From: Candidatus Zixiibacteriota bacterium
GTDB lineage: Bacteria; Zixibacteria; MSB-5A5; GN15; FEB-12
Direction of reading: 5' to 3'
Assembly: GCA_016926795.1 (NCBI GenBank)
Contig: JAFGNW010000102.1
Span: 1 to 47,732, forward strand
DNA length: 47,732 nt
A program made the position numbers and the translations under genes. This document shows positions 6,902 to 17,989 of this stretch, in pieces (position 1 is the stretch's first letter; each line of letters starts with the position of its first letter). A model generated the notes under the pieces. That model had not been told where the DNA came from. It was given only the letters and a program-made list of their open reading frames with translations, and did no database searches.

Positions 6902-7758
6902 TTCTGGCGGTTTTGCATAAATTTCTCCTCATAGCCCCTGGCTGGCTGGGGCCGATGTTAACAGTGGTCTCCGGTGGGGGACACGGCGAAGAAGGCGGGC
7001 ACGGCGGCGGGGTGGAACACCTGCCCAGTGCGGTCACCTTTCTTGAAAAATACGGCTTTGGCCACGGTGTCCTTGAAACCTGGGTAAACATCATTTTCGC
7101 GTTTGCCGCCGCCATCTTCCTGTGCCTGGTCTCGGTACGTGTTTACGCTCGGCGTCAGATGATTCCCGGGCCGCTCCAGAATCTCGTGGAAATGCTGGTG
7201 GAGGGCATGTACAATTTCATCTACTCTATCCTCGGCAAGGACGCCAAACTGTACATCCCTTTTGTCGGGACGCTCTTTTTCTATATTCTGGCTCTCAACT
7301 GGATGGGTATGATACCTTTCGGACATTCCCCCTCGACCAGTCTCAACATCACCGCCTCTATGGCCTTGATGGTGTTTTTGTACGTGCAGTATATAGGCAT
7401 CCGCCGGCAGGGCTTTTTCGGTTACCTGCACCACATGGCCGGCAGCCCGAGTGATGTCGTAACCTGGTGTATGGTGCCCCTGATGCTTCCCTTGCATCTG
7501 ATCGGGGAGCTGGCCAAGCCGCTCAGTCTGGCTTTACGACTTTTTGGTAATATCACCGGCGAGGACGTGCTGATTGCCGTCTTTGTCGGTTTGGGCGTGG
7601 CTCTGGTTTCTTTCTCACCGGTGGGTATCCCGCTTCAATTCCCGTTCTATTTCCTGGGGCTGATTCTTTCCACCGTCCAGGCTCTGGTTTTCGCCCTGTT
7701 ATCGACCATTTATATTCTACTGATGCTTCCCCATGACGAGCATGCGGCGGAGCATTGA
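6898..7758 (+). CDS. atpB: F0F1 ATP synthase subunit a
   Basis: 286 aa polytopic membrane protein with the conserved LALRLFGNITGED helix. Position in the operon supports the call. Confidence 0.9.
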   Translation: MILAVLHKFLLIAPGWLGPMLTVVSGGGHGEEGGHGGGVEHLPSAVTFLEKYGFGHGVLETWVNIIFAFAAAIFLCLVSVRVYARRQMIPGPLQNLVEMLVEGMYNFIYSILGKDAKLYIPFVGTLFFYILALNWMGMIPFGHSPSTSLNITASMALMVFLYVQYIGIRRQGFFGYLHHMAGSPSDVVTWCMVPLMLPLHLIGELAKPLSLALRLFGNITGEDVLIAVFVGLGVALVSFSPVGIPLQFPFYFLGLILSTVQALVFALLSTIYILLMLPHDEHAAEH

Positions 7759-7816
7759 GGAGATTGAGATAGAAAACAATAAATATTTTTTTCAGTAAAC
7801 CTTATTAGGAGGAAAA

Positions 7817-8053
7817 ATGGAATACTTTGGTTCGATGTTAGCTCTGGCCGCCCCCCTTGGACTCGGACTGGCGGCAGTTGGTTCCGCTTACGGTATCGGC
7901 CGGGCGGTCGGTTCGGCGATGGAGGCGATGGGCCGCCAGCCGGAAGCCGCCGGTAAAATTCAGGTGGCCATGATTATCGGTGCCGCCTTTATTGAGGCGC
8001 TCACCATTTATGCCCTGATCGCGTTCTTTATGGCGATGGGTAAACTCGGATAA
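7817..8053 (+). CDS. atpE: F0F1 ATP synthase subunit c
   Basis: 78 aa helical hairpin with the GRQPEA loop and ion-binding helix [21 protein letters not shown]. Confidence 0.95.
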   Translation: MEYFGSMLALAAPLGLGLAAVGSAYGIGRAVGSAMEAMGRQPEAAGKIQVAMIIGAAFIEALTIYALIAFFMAMGKLG

Positions 8054-8103
8054 TTGTCGGGGACGAATTCGTTTACCGTAACGATTAAACATTGGAATTA
8101 TAA

Positions 8104-8589
8104 ATGATAGACATACAGTGGCAACAATTATTGACGCATGCCCTGGGCTTTTTGATTACCCTCTGGGTGTTGAAAAGGTACGCCTGGAAACCGCTTCTGG
8201 CCCTGATGGAGGATCGGCGCAACAAAATCGTTGAAGAGTTCAAGGAAATCGACAACGAAAAGGCTCGCGTCGCCCAGCTGACCGCCGAGTACGAAAGCAA
8301 GCTGCGCGATATCGAGAACGAGCGCCGCGCCAAGCTGGTTGAAGCCGTGGACGAGGGCAAGAAGGTCGCCGCCGAAATCAAGGCCAACGCCCAGCAGGAG
8401 GTGAAAGACCTCCATACCAAAGCGAAGGCTGATTTGGAGCGCGATGTCGACAAAGCCAAGGTACAGTTGCGCGATGAAATGGTAGCGATTACCATGACCG
8501 CCGCTGAAAAAGTCATCAGGGAGAAACTCGACGACGCCAAACATCGCGAGTTAATCGGGAAATACATCGAGGAGCTGGAGAAAGCCTGA
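8104..8589 (+). CDS. atpF: F0F1 ATP synthase subunit b
   Basis: 161 aa with one N-terminal TM helix and a long charged coiled coil. Position in the operon supports the call. Confidence 0.9.
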   Translation: MIDIQWQQLLTHALGFLITLWVLKRYAWKPLLALMEDRRNKIVEEFKEIDNEKARVAQLTAEYESKLRDIENERRAKLVEAVDEGKKVAAEIKANAQQEVKDLHTKAKADLERDVDKAKVQLRDEMVAITMTAAEKVIREKLDDAKHRELIGKYIEELEKA

Positions 8590-8592
8590 TAA

Positions 8593-9141
8593 ATGATAGC
8601 GCATGAAGTAGCCAAAAAATACGCCCATGCCCTGCTCATGGTCGTCAAGGAGAAAAATCTCATTGACCGGGCCGACGAGCAGATGACAGGCTTACGGGAA
8701 TTAATCCGCCGCGACCGGTCGCTGATTAATTTTCTGACCGCTCCCCAGATTCTCGAGGAAAAGAAATACGAACTGGTGCGAAAAGTTTTCAGCGAGCGGC
8801 TGGAGCGGGTCCTTATCGAATTTCTCGTCGTCCTGATCGACAAGCATCGGGTACGGTTCCTGCCGGATATTCTCGATGAATTCGACCGGCTGGTGAACGC
8901 CGAGAAAGGCTTATTGAGGGCCACCGTTATCAGCGCCTTGCAACTCGACCAGAGCGTGTACGATTCTTTGAAACCGAAACTGGAGAAGAAAACCGGCCTG
9001 AAGGTGGAAATCGAAAAGAAAATCGACCCCTCCATTCTGGGCGGCATGATCGTCGTTATGCACGACGAGATTATCGACGGTTCGGTGCGGCACAGTCTGG
9101 ATTTGATTCGGGAAAAACTGGAACGGGTCAAGGTAGCTTAA
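8593..9141 (+). CDS. atpH: F0F1 ATP synthase subunit delta (OSCP)
   Basis: 182 aa. Has the OSCP-like start AKKYAHAL and the C-terminal IDPSILGGMIV..DGSV motif. Confidence 0.9.
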   Translation: MIAHEVAKKYAHALLMVVKEKNLIDRADEQMTGLRELIRRDRSLINFLTAPQILEEKKYELVRKVFSERLERVLIEFLVVLIDKHRVRFLPDILDEFDRLVNAEKGLLRATVISALQLDQSVYDSLKPKLEKKTGLKVEIEKKIDPSILGGMIVVMHDEIIDGSVRHSLDLIREKLERVKVA

Positions 9142-9263
9142 GCGGCGGTCCGGCGGCGGTGAGAACCGCCGCGGACGGCGTAAAACGACGATAACCATCC
9201 CGATGTGACGGTTATCGCAAAGGTTATTTGAAAAAATAGTGAGTTTGTAATAATAGGAGTACG

Positions 9264-10778
9264 ATGATGGGTCTTAACCCTGAAGAAGTATCATCGGTAA
9301 TCAAAAAAGAGATAGACAAGTTTGAAACCAAGCTGGAGATGGAATCGGTTGGTACCGTTCTCCAGGTGGGCGACGGTATCGCTCGGGTATGGGGTCTCGA
9401 GGACGTACAGATGTCCGAGCTGGTCAAGTTCCCCGGCGATATCATGGGCCTGGTTTTGAACCTGGAAGAAGACAATGTCGGGGTAGCCATTTTCGGTTCC
9501 GACACCGAGATCAACGAGGGTGACACGGTCCGTCGCACCGGCCAGGTGGCTTCGGTCCCGGTCGGCGACGCCATGGTCGGGCGGGTAGTCAATCCGCTGG
9601 GCCAGCCCATTGACGGCAAAGGTCCGATTGTGACCGACAAAACGCGGGTCATCGAAGGCCGCGCCCCGAGCGTAATCGAACGTCAGCCCGTGAAAGAGCC
9701 GCTGCAAACCGGTTTGAAAGCCATCGATTCGATGATTCCGATCGGCCGCGGTCAGCGCGAGTTGATAATCGGTGACCGCCAGACCGGCAAGACTGCCCTG
9801 GCAATCGACACTATCATCAACCAGAAGAATACCGATGTGTATTGTATTTATGTGGCGATCGGTCAGAAAGCCTCGACCGTAGCCCAGGTGGTGGAAACCC
9901 TCCGCGAACACGGAGCGATGGAATATACCACGGTGGTTTGCGCCACGGCGACTGACCCGGCCCCGCTGCAGTATATCGCGCCCTATGCCGGCTGCGCCAT
10001 GGGTGAGGAATTCATGTACAACGGCAAGCACGTGCTGGTGATTTACGACGACCTGAGCAAACAGGCCCAGTCCTACCGCCAGCTCTCGCTTCTGCTGCGG
10101 CGTCCCCCGGGACGCGAAGCTTACCCCGGCGATATTTTCTATTGCCATTCCCGGCTCCTGGAACGGGCAGCCAAGCTGTCCGACAAGCTGGGCGGTGGTT
10201 CCCTGACGGCCCTGCCGATTATCGAAACCCAGGCCGGCGACGTCTCGGCGTATATCCCGACCAACGTGATTTCGATTACTGACGGTCAGATATTCCTCGA
10301 AAGCGAGCTGTTTTTCGCCGGTATTCGCCCGGGTATCAACGTCGGTATCTCCGTCTCGCGAGTCGGCGGCAACGCCCAGGTGAAAATGATGCGGCAGGTG
10401 GCCGGTTCGTTGAAACTGGACCTGGCCCAGTACCGTGAGCTGGCGGCTTTCACCCAGTTCGGTTCCGACCTGGACGAGGGCACTCTCAAACAACTCCGGC
10501 GCGGCGAACGCATGGTGGAACTCCTCAAGCAGGGGCAGTACGTGCCCATGTCAGTGGCGCACCAGGTAATCATGATCTGGGCGGGTGCTAAGGGCTACCT
10601 TGATGATGTACCGCTTTCGGCTATCGCCAAGTTCGAAAAAGAATTGCTGGAATACTGCGACAAAAAATATCCGGATATCGACCACACGCTGGCCAAGGAC
10701 AAGATCATTTCCGATGAAATGAACGCCCGACTGGAAGCGGCCGTGAAGGAGTTCAAAGCGCAGTTCAAGGCGAAATAA
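9264..10778 (+). CDS. atpA: F0F1 ATP synthase subunit alpha
   Basis: 504 aa with Walker A GDRQTGKT and strong family-wide similarity throughout. Confidence 0.97.
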   Translation: MMGLNPEEVSSVIKKEIDKFETKLEMESVGTVLQVGDGIARVWGLEDVQMSELVKFPGDIMGLVLNLEEDNVGVAIFGSDTEINEGDTVRRTGQVASVPVGDAMVGRVVNPLGQPIDGKGPIVTDKTRVIEGRAPSVIERQPVKEPLQTGLKAIDSMIPIGRGQRELIIGDRQTGKTALAIDTIINQKNTDVYCIYVAIGQKASTVAQVVETLREHGAMEYTTVVCATATDPAPLQYIAPYAGCAMGEEFMYNGKHVLVIYDDLSKQAQSYRQLSLLLRRPPGREAYPGDIFYCHSRLLERAAKLSDKLGGGSLTALPIIETQAGDVSAYIPTNVISITDGQIFLESELFFAGIRPGINVGISVSRVGGNAQVKMMRQVAGSLKLDLAQYRELAAFTQFGSDLDEGTLKQLRRGERMVELLKQGQYVPMSVAHQVIMIWAGAKGYLDDVPLSAIAKFEKELLEYCDKKYPDIDHTLAKDKIISDEMNARLEAAVKEFKAQFKAK

Positions 10779-10806
10779 ATTGTTTTGACAGGGACAGCCG
10801 GTCTGG

Positions 10807-11526
10807 TTGTCCTCAAGGGATATGGAATTGAAAAGGCTGATCGTATCAGGCATATTGCTGGTGTTGCTGGGCGTTCCGACGGCGAGTCCGTCGCAAGCCC
10901 GGATGAATCTCGATTTCGGCGTCAAACTGGGATTGAACTCGACCGGTATGTTCGGTGACGCCGTTGAGGAAAACTCTTTTCCCAAACGGGGTTTTATCGG
11001 CGGTATTTTCGCCCGGCGAGGTTTAACGCCCTCCTTTTCGATTCAGGCGGAGGTCCTGTACACTCAGAAGGGTACCGAAATCACGGTCGAGAACATCCCC
11101 AGCCTGATTGATACACTGGATGTGAAACTCGATTATATCGAGGTGCCGATATTGTTCCGTTACGATTTTGCGGTGCCTATGAAGTTCAAACCGCACCTGC
11201 TGGCAGGACCCGCACTGACGTTCAACGTTTCCGCCCGAGGTTCTACCGATGACGGCGGCAGTTTCTATCCCGACGAATTCGATATCCCCAACACCGGCAG
11301 CCTTGATTTCGGTCTGGTGCTCGGTACCGGCGTCGATTTTCCCCTCGGAAAGGGAGCCGTGGGCATCGATGCCCGCTATACCCTCGGTATGTTGAACGTT
11401 TTTGAGGACATGAAGTCCGAAGGCACGAATTCCGATTCGGAAGAAATACCGTTTGTTGACGACGAAGGCAAGGGGCTGGATTTGGGTAACGGTGGTTTTT
11501 CGTTCATGATTAGTTATGCTTTTTAA
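10807..11526 (+). CDS. Outer-membrane beta-barrel (porin-family, OMP_b-brl_2-like) protein embedded in the atp operon
   Basis: TTG at 10807, or ATG at 10822 (MELKRLIVSGILLVLLGVPTASPSQA signal peptide). Contains the motifs FGVKLGLN, FSIQAEVLYTQKG and LDYIEVPILFRYDF, and the C-terminus is aromatic (..SYAF). The gaps to atpA and atpG are 28 and 32 nt, with no terminator in either. Confidence 0.75.
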   Translation: MSSRDMELKRLIVSGILLVLLGVPTASPSQARMNLDFGVKLGLNSTGMFGDAVEENSFPKRGFIGGIFARRGLTPSFSIQAEVLYTQKGTEITVENIPSLIDTLDVKLDYIEVPILFRYDFAVPMKFKPHLLAGPALTFNVSARGSTDDGGSFYPDEFDIPNTGSLDFGLVLGTGVDFPLGKGAVGIDARYTLGMLNVFEDMKSEGTNSDSEEIPFVDDEGKGLDLGNGGFSFMISYAF

Positions 11527-11558
11527 CTGAACAGGTGGTTTATAAAAAAGATTAAGAT

Positions 11559-12437
11559 ATGCCAACACTTCGCGAAGTAAAAAAACGAATTCGGTCGGTA
11601 ATATCGACCAAGCGTATAACCAACGCCATGGAGATGGTGGCGGCCGCCAAACTGCGGCGCGCCCAACAGAGAGTCGAGCAGTCCCGGCCCTACAGCAAGA
11701 AGATGGATGAGATACTCAGCCAGCTGGCTGCCGGCTCCACGGGTGAGATTGTCCATCCCTATTTCGAAGAGCGGGAGGTTAAAAAGAGAACGCTGGTGAT
11801 ATTTACCTCAGACCGGGGGCTGTGCGGCTCTTTCAATTCCAACGTCGTCCGCAAGGCGCAGGAATGGATCGCAGCCCACCGGGACGGTGAGCTTGAACTG
11901 GTCACGGTCGGTAAAAAGGGCAACGATTATTTCAAAAAACGCTCCTGGCCGGTTGTCAACTATTACGGTGACTGGGGCGGGTCACTCGATTACGATAAGG
12001 CCCGCAATATCGTCCGGTTTCTCACCGACCGCTTTGTGGCCGGCGACACCGATGAAATCAGTCTCTTGTTCACCCGCTTTTTATCGATGGTGAAATACCG
12101 AATATCGCTGGAAAAATACCTGCCCGTGGCACGACCGGAAATCAAGACCGACGAAAGCGAAATGTTCAAGGGCAGCAAGGATTATATATTCGAACCCGAT
12201 GCGGAAAAAATTTACGCAGCATTAATGCCCGGCTATGCCACCACCAAGATGGTGACGGCTCTGGTGGAATCGTTCGCCAGCGAGCACGGCAGCCGGATGA
12301 TCGCCATGAATGCCGCCACCAAGAACGCGGGCGAGATGGTACAAAGCCTGACTCTGGATTACAACAAAGCCCGCCAGGCTCAGATTACTACGGAACTGAC
12401 GGAGGTGGTCTCCGGAGCTAATGCCCTCAAAGGGTAA
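11559..12437 (+). CDS. atpG: F0F1 ATP synthase subunit gamma
   Basis: 292 aa. N-terminus is MPTLREVKKRIRSV.STKRITNAMEMVAAAKLRRAQ and the C-terminus is ITTELTEVVSGANAL. Confidence 0.95.
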   Translation: MPTLREVKKRIRSVISTKRITNAMEMVAAAKLRRAQQRVEQSRPYSKKMDEILSQLAAGSTGEIVHPYFEEREVKKRTLVIFTSDRGLCGSFNSNVVRKAQEWIAAHRDGELELVTVGKKGNDYFKKRSWPVVNYYGDWGGSLDYDKARNIVRFLTDRFVAGDTDEISLLFTRFLSMVKYRISLEKYLPVARPEIKTDESEMFKGSKDYIFEPDAEKIYAALMPGYATTKMVTALVESFASEHGSRMIAMNAATKNAGEMVQSLTLDYNKARQAQITTELTEVVSGANALKG

Positions 12438-12483
12438 CAGATGTCGAGAAATGAGATAAATAAAATATATTGGAGTTTGTTAA

Positions 12484-13890
<1,407 letters not shown>

Positions 13891-13895
13891 TTATT

Positions 13896-14306
13896 ATGTT
13901 TCATCTTTCAATTGTGACACCGGAGAAATCTTATTACGAGGGAGAGATAAAATCCCTCGTGGTGCCGGGTACGGAAGGTTACCTGGGAATACTCTCCCAT
14001 CATGCGCCGCTTATTACAGCCCTGATGCCCGGTAAAATCGAATTCCGGGATGAACATGACGAAGTCTATATCATGGCGGTTTCCGGAGGATTTCTGGAGG
14101 TCTCGGGTAATCTGGCCACTATCCTGGCCGATACTGTCGAGGACGCTGATAAGATTGATATCGAACGGGCTCGAGCCGCGTACGAGAGGGAGAAGAAGCG
14201 GCTGATTTCGGCCGGTAAAGGCGAAACGGACATCGATTTACCTTCGGTACGCGCCGCCCTGGCCCGGGCTGCCAACCGGATTAAGATTTACGAAGAAACC
14301 CACTAA
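13896..14306 (+). CDS. atpC: F0F1 ATP synthase subunit epsilon
   Basis: 136 aa. It is the last gene of the operon, with a beta-sandwich N-terminus and a helical C-terminus pattern. Confidence 0.9.
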   Translation: MFHLSIVTPEKSYYEGEIKSLVVPGTEGYLGILSHHAPLITALMPGKIEFRDEHDEVYIMAVSGGFLEVSGNLATILADTVEDADKIDIERARAAYEREKKRLISAGKGETDIDLPSVRAALARAANRIKIYEETH

Positions 14307-14328
14307 GTACCTATATATATTCGTGGAA

Positions 14329-14360
14329 AGCCGGCTGTATGAACGGCCGGTTTTTTTTAT
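14329..14360 (+). terminator. Rho-independent terminator of the atp operon
   Basis: Stem CCGGC (14331-14335) / GCCGG (14346-14350) followed by T8 (14351-14358). Confidence 0.6.
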
Positions 14361-14439
14361 TTTTTTACCGGGAACAGGTTTATTACTTTTTTGTTTAAAA
14401 GGTCGTCAGCCGATATTTTGAGTCGAGGCGGAGGCAGAT

Positions 14440-15105
14440 ATGCCCAATACAGAACCATTTGATAAGTACAGCGACGAATATGACGAATGGTTCGAGAGAA
14501 ACGCCGAGCTTTATCAAGCGGAACTGGAAACTGTCCGGCAACTGATTCCTTCAGCCGATGCCGAAGGTATGGAAGTAGGGGTCGGCTCCGGAAAATTCGC
14601 CGCTCCGCTTGGGATAAGAATCGGCATAGAGCCTTCTAAAAAAATGGCTGACAGGGCCAGGGAGAAAGGCATCAATGTTTATCCCGGAATAGCGGAAAAG
14701 TTGCCCTTTAATGACGCAAGGTTTGATTATATACTGATGGTAACTACTATTTGTTTTGTTGACGATGTCTTGAAATCCTTCAAGGAAGCTTTTAGGGTTC
14801 TAAAACCTGGCGGGTGTATCATTGTTGGATTTGTCGACAAAGAAAGTCAACTGGGTAAACAGTATACGGCTGATAAAGAAAAAAATAAATTTTACAAAGA
14901 CGCCACTTTCTTCTCTACCGAAGAGGTGTTGAAGTATCTAAAAAAAGCGGCCTTTGAAATCCTGAGAATCAGGCAGACTCTTATTCCCGAAGAATCGACA
15001 TCAACCATCCGGGACGGCTTCGGGAAGGGGTCCTTTGTTGTAATCAGGGCCTTAAAAAATAAAACCAGCCGAGAAAAGGAGACCGGCCAAGGGCTGTCGA
15101 GTTAA
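14440..15105 (+). CDS. Class I SAM-dependent methyltransferase (Methyltransf_11-like)
   Basis: Motif I is EVGVGSGKF. Also has the acidic loop IEPS and the post-I and post-II motifs (LPFNDARFDYILM, LKPGGCIIVGF). Confidence 0.8.
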   Translation: MPNTEPFDKYSDEYDEWFERNAELYQAELETVRQLIPSADAEGMEVGVGSGKFAAPLGIRIGIEPSKKMADRAREKGINVYPGIAEKLPFNDARFDYILMVTTICFVDDVLKSFKEAFRVLKPGGCIIVGFVDKESQLGKQYTADKEKNKFYKDATFFSTEEVLKYLKKAAFEILRIRQTLIPEESTSTIRDGFGKGSFVVIRALKNKTSREKETGQGLSS

Positions 15106-15186
15106 GTTAAAAAACAGTGATTTTTTGGAAATCTGAACAAGGATAAGTTATTGCTTCTTTTGGAATTGACACTTTTGTTTATATCC

Positions 15187-15215
15187 TTGACTTTTAGGCT
15201 CTTATTGAGTATTAT
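15187..15215 (+). promoter_or_regulatory. Candidate promoter for yceD-rpmF-plsX-fab
   Basis: TTGACT (15187-15192), a 17-nt spacer, then TATTAT (15210-15215). The -10 ends only 8 nt before ATG 15224 and there is no RBS between them. Confidence 0.45.
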
Positions 15216-15223
15216 CATCGGCT

Positions 15224-15742
15224 ATGATATTGGATTTAAGGGAATTTGTAGATTTCCCGGCCGGTAAGCAACTGGCAATAGATCCCGGGCAAATTAAGCC
15301 TTTACGGGATGATGTGAAGAAAATAACGCGGGTTTTACTGGACCTGACGATTCAGAAATCCGGGGATGAATACTACTGTCAGGGAAAGCTGTCGGGCACG
15401 GCGATACTGGAATGTTGGCGCTGTCTCGAAGCTTACCCGGCGGAATTGACGGAAAAGGCCGATTTTATCATCTGTTCGGCCGACCGGTTGACCTCCCGGG
15501 ATAAAGATGTTATTGATGATGAGGATTACGTTTATTTTCGGGGCGATGATAGGCGGGTGGATTTGTCGGTTATCGTCAACCAGGCGTTTTTACTGTCACT
15601 GCCTATGAAACCGCTCTGTTCCGAAGGCTGTCGGGGTTTGTGTCCCCGCTGCGGCGTAAATCTCAATACCGGTCAATGTGATTGCCGGAAAAAGGAGCCG
15701 GACGCCCGCTGGCAGGGTTTGAAAGACTTGTTTAACCAATAA
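15224..15742 (+). CDS. yceD: YceD/DUF177 family protein (large-subunit rRNA accumulation protein)
   Basis: 172 aa. Has the C-terminal Cys cluster CSEGCRGLCPRCGVNLNTGQCDC and the conserved position upstream of rpmF-plsX. Confidence 0.85.
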   Translation: MILDLREFVDFPAGKQLAIDPGQIKPLRDDVKKITRVLLDLTIQKSGDEYYCQGKLSGTAILECWRCLEAYPAELTEKADFIICSADRLTSRDKDVIDDEDYVYFRGDDRRVDLSVIVNQAFLLSLPMKPLCSEGCRGLCPRCGVNLNTGQCDCRKKEPDARWQGLKDLFNQ

Positions 15743-15759
15743 TTATAGAGGATATACCG

Positions 15760-15942
15760 ATGCCATTACCGAAGAGAAGACATTCCCGAACCAGAGGTCG
15801 CAAACGTCGTACCGGATGGAAATTGTCACCGCCCAACGTAACCGAATGTCCGAACTGTCACCAGCCTAGATTGCCGCATCATATCTGTTCTCATTGCGGT
15901 TTTTATAACGGTCGCCAGGTTATCAGTATTAAAGAGGAATAG
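15760..15942 (+). CDS. rpmF: 50S ribosomal protein L32
   Basis: 60 aa. MPLPKRRHSRTRGRKRR start and the zinc-ribbon CPNC..CSHC. Confidence 0.95.
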   Translation: MPLPKRRHSRTRGRKRRTGWKLSPPNVTECPNCHQPRLPHHICSHCGFYNGRQVISIKEE

Positions 15943-15968
15943 GAAAAATTTAGGATTGTTTAAGGACC

Positions 15969-17063
15969 GTGGCGACAGAACAGAAATATACGGTGGTTCT
16001 TGATGTAATGGGCGCTGACGGCGGCCCTGAAGGCATTATTCAGGGCGGGATCGAAGCCTCACAGAAACTGGGGGATAAATTACATCTCGTCATAATCGGC
16101 CAGAGTGAACTGATCGAGAAGCGATTATCGGAACTGCCCGAGGTGCCCGGAAATGTTTCTGTACGGCACGCTCCGGCCGAGGTGCCGATGCACATATCGG
16201 CGACCGACGGGGTGAGGATACGCAACAGTTCCATTGCGCTGGGTTTGAAAATGGTTAAAGAAAAAACGGCCGATGCTTTTGTGTCCCCGGGCAATACGGG
16301 AGCTGTCATGGCAACTTCCTTATTGACGCTGGGGCGCATCAAAGGTGTGATCAGACCGGCGATAACTACCGTTTTCCCCACCAGCACTGGTCGACCGACG
16401 GTCGTTCTTGACGCCGGCGCTAATGCCGACTGTAAGCCCATTCACCTGTCCCAGTTCGCGGTTATGGGTTCGGTCTATTATTCAATCGTTTTTAACAAGG
16501 AAGACCCTCGGGTGGGTTTGATTTCCATCGGCGAGGAAAGAAGTAAGGGCAATGAACTGATATTCAACGCCCGCAAAATACTCAGGGATTCCCATATCAA
16601 TTTCGTGGGAAACATCGAGGGACGCGATATCCTGTCCGGGGCGATCGACGTGGCGGTGACCGACGGTTTCACCGGCAATATTCTCCTGAAATTCGCAGAG
16701 TCGATCCAGCCCATGATGGTCAAGGCCGTCAAGAGACAGATTCAGACTAATATCTTTTCCCGTTTCGGCGTGATGCTGCTGTTACCGTTCATGAAACGGA
16801 TGCAGAACGCTTTCGATTATGCCGAATCAGGGGGTGCGCCCCTCCTGGGAGTAAACGGCGTTGTCATTATCTGCCACGGCTCATCGAGCGCCCGGGCGAT
16901 AAGCAATGCCATTGTCGTGGCTGTGGAAATGGCTTCGAAGAAAGTGAAAGAACGCATCCACGATGAATTGATTAACAATCATTTTGGAAGAAATCATGAC
17001 TCAAAAGATAAGAGCCAAAATATCGGGAACGGGATCGTTTACTCCGCCGCATCTGATGACTAA
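15969..17063 (+). CDS. plsX: Phosphate acyltransferase PlsX
   Basis: 364 aa with a GTG start. Contains the VSPGNTGA and DGFTGNILLK motifs. The 3' end overlaps fabH. Confidence 0.9.
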   Translation: MATEQKYTVVLDVMGADGGPEGIIQGGIEASQKLGDKLHLVIIGQSELIEKRLSELPEVPGNVSVRHAPAEVPMHISATDGVRIRNSSIALGLKMVKEKTADAFVSPGNTGAVMATSLLTLGRIKGVIRPAITTVFPTSTGRPTVVLDAGANADCKPIHLSQFAVMGSVYYSIVFNKEDPRVGLISIGEERSKGNELIFNARKILRDSHINFVGNIEGRDILSGAIDVAVTDGFTGNILLKFAESIQPMMVKAVKRQIQTNIFSRFGVMLLLPFMKRMQNAFDYAESGGAPLLGVNGVVIICHGSSSARAISNAIVVAVEMASKKVKERIHDELINNHFGRNHDSKDKSQNIGNGIVYSAASDD

Positions 17064-17985
17064 TCTCGATTTTGAGAAAATAGTCGATACCTCGGATGAA
17101 TGGATCACCACCCGCACCGGCATTAAAGAACGACATATAGCCAGCGATACCATGACTACCGCGGATATGTCCGTGGAAGCCTGCAAACGGGCTATGGATA
17201 TGGCTAAATGTAGAAAAGAGGATATCGACCTTGTCATCTGCGGTACCGTGACCCCGGACTATCGCCTGCCCTCCAACGCCTGCATGATTCAGAAGGAGCT
17301 CGGTTTAACCAACGCCCTCGCTTTTGACGTGGTCGCGGCCTGCACCGGTTTTATAAACGGTCTGGTTATCGCAAATTCTTACATTTCGACGGGTTTGTAT
17401 AAGAAGGCGCTGGTTATAGGCGCCGAAAAGTTATCGGCTATCGCCAATTATAAAGACCGCACCACCTGTGTCCTGTTCGGTGACGGCGCCGGCGCGGTGG
17501 TCGTGGAACCGTCCGCCAACGAGCGCGGTATCGTGTCCTCATTCATGAAATCCGACGGCAGGCTCTGGCAGTTGTTGTGGATGGAAGTAGGCGGCATTAA
17601 AAATCCTTACACCCCGGAATTTCCTTATGACGGCTCCGATAAAATATTTATGAACGGCGCCGAAGTGTTCAAGGTCGCGGTAAAAGAAATGGCCAAAGCC
17701 GTGGAAAATGTTCTCGAGAAAGCCAACGTATCGCCGTCCGATATCGCTCTCTTCGTACCGCATCAAGCCAATTTACGCATTATCGATGCTCTGGCCAAAC
17801 GTTTGAAAATCAGCCCGGAAAGAGTTTTCAAAAATATCGAGAAATACGGCAACACCTCGGCGGCTTCGGTGCCGATCGCTCTGGACGAAGCCAACCGCGA
17901 AGGAAGAATAAAACCGGGCGATTATGTCGTGGTGGTCGCTTTTGGAGGAGGCTTAATCTGGGGCTCGGCCCTGATTAAATGGTAA
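16996..17985 (+). CDS. fabH: 3-oxoacyl-ACP synthase III
   Basis: The likely start is ATG 16996 (MTQKIRAKISGTGSF); the ORF track's start is TTG 16984. The active-site Cys is in VVAACTGF, and the HQAN and GNTSAAS motifs are present. Confidence 0.93.
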   Translation: MTQKIRAKISGTGSFTPPHLMTNLDFEKIVDTSDEWITTRTGIKERHIASDTMTTADMSVEACKRAMDMAKCRKEDIDLVICGTVTPDYRLPSNACMIQKELGLTNALAFDVVAACTGFINGLVIANSYISTGLYKKALVIGAEKLSAIANYKDRTTCVLFGDGAGAVVVEPSANERGIVSSFMKSDGRLWQLLWMEVGGIKNPYTPEFPYDGSDKIFMNGAEVFKVAVKEMAKAVENVLEKANVSPSDIALFVPHQANLRIIDALAKRLKISPERVFKNIEKYGNTSAASVPIALDEANREGRIKPGDYVVVVAFGGGLIWGSALIKW

Positions 17986-17989
17986 AACT

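Noticed and set aside
8085-9131. Long antisense ORFs opposite well-supported genes: 8085-9131, 9291-10493, 12748-13587, 19966-20637, 32144-32806, 42147-43286 and 46558-47316.
   Set aside because: Each lies entirely within a confidently identified gene on the other strand (atpF/H, atpA, atpD, fabF, glmS, M1 peptidase, WD40). Their products are low-complexity (Ser/Arg/Gly-rich) with no recognisable motifs. This is typical of shadow ORFs in moderately GC-rich coding DNA.
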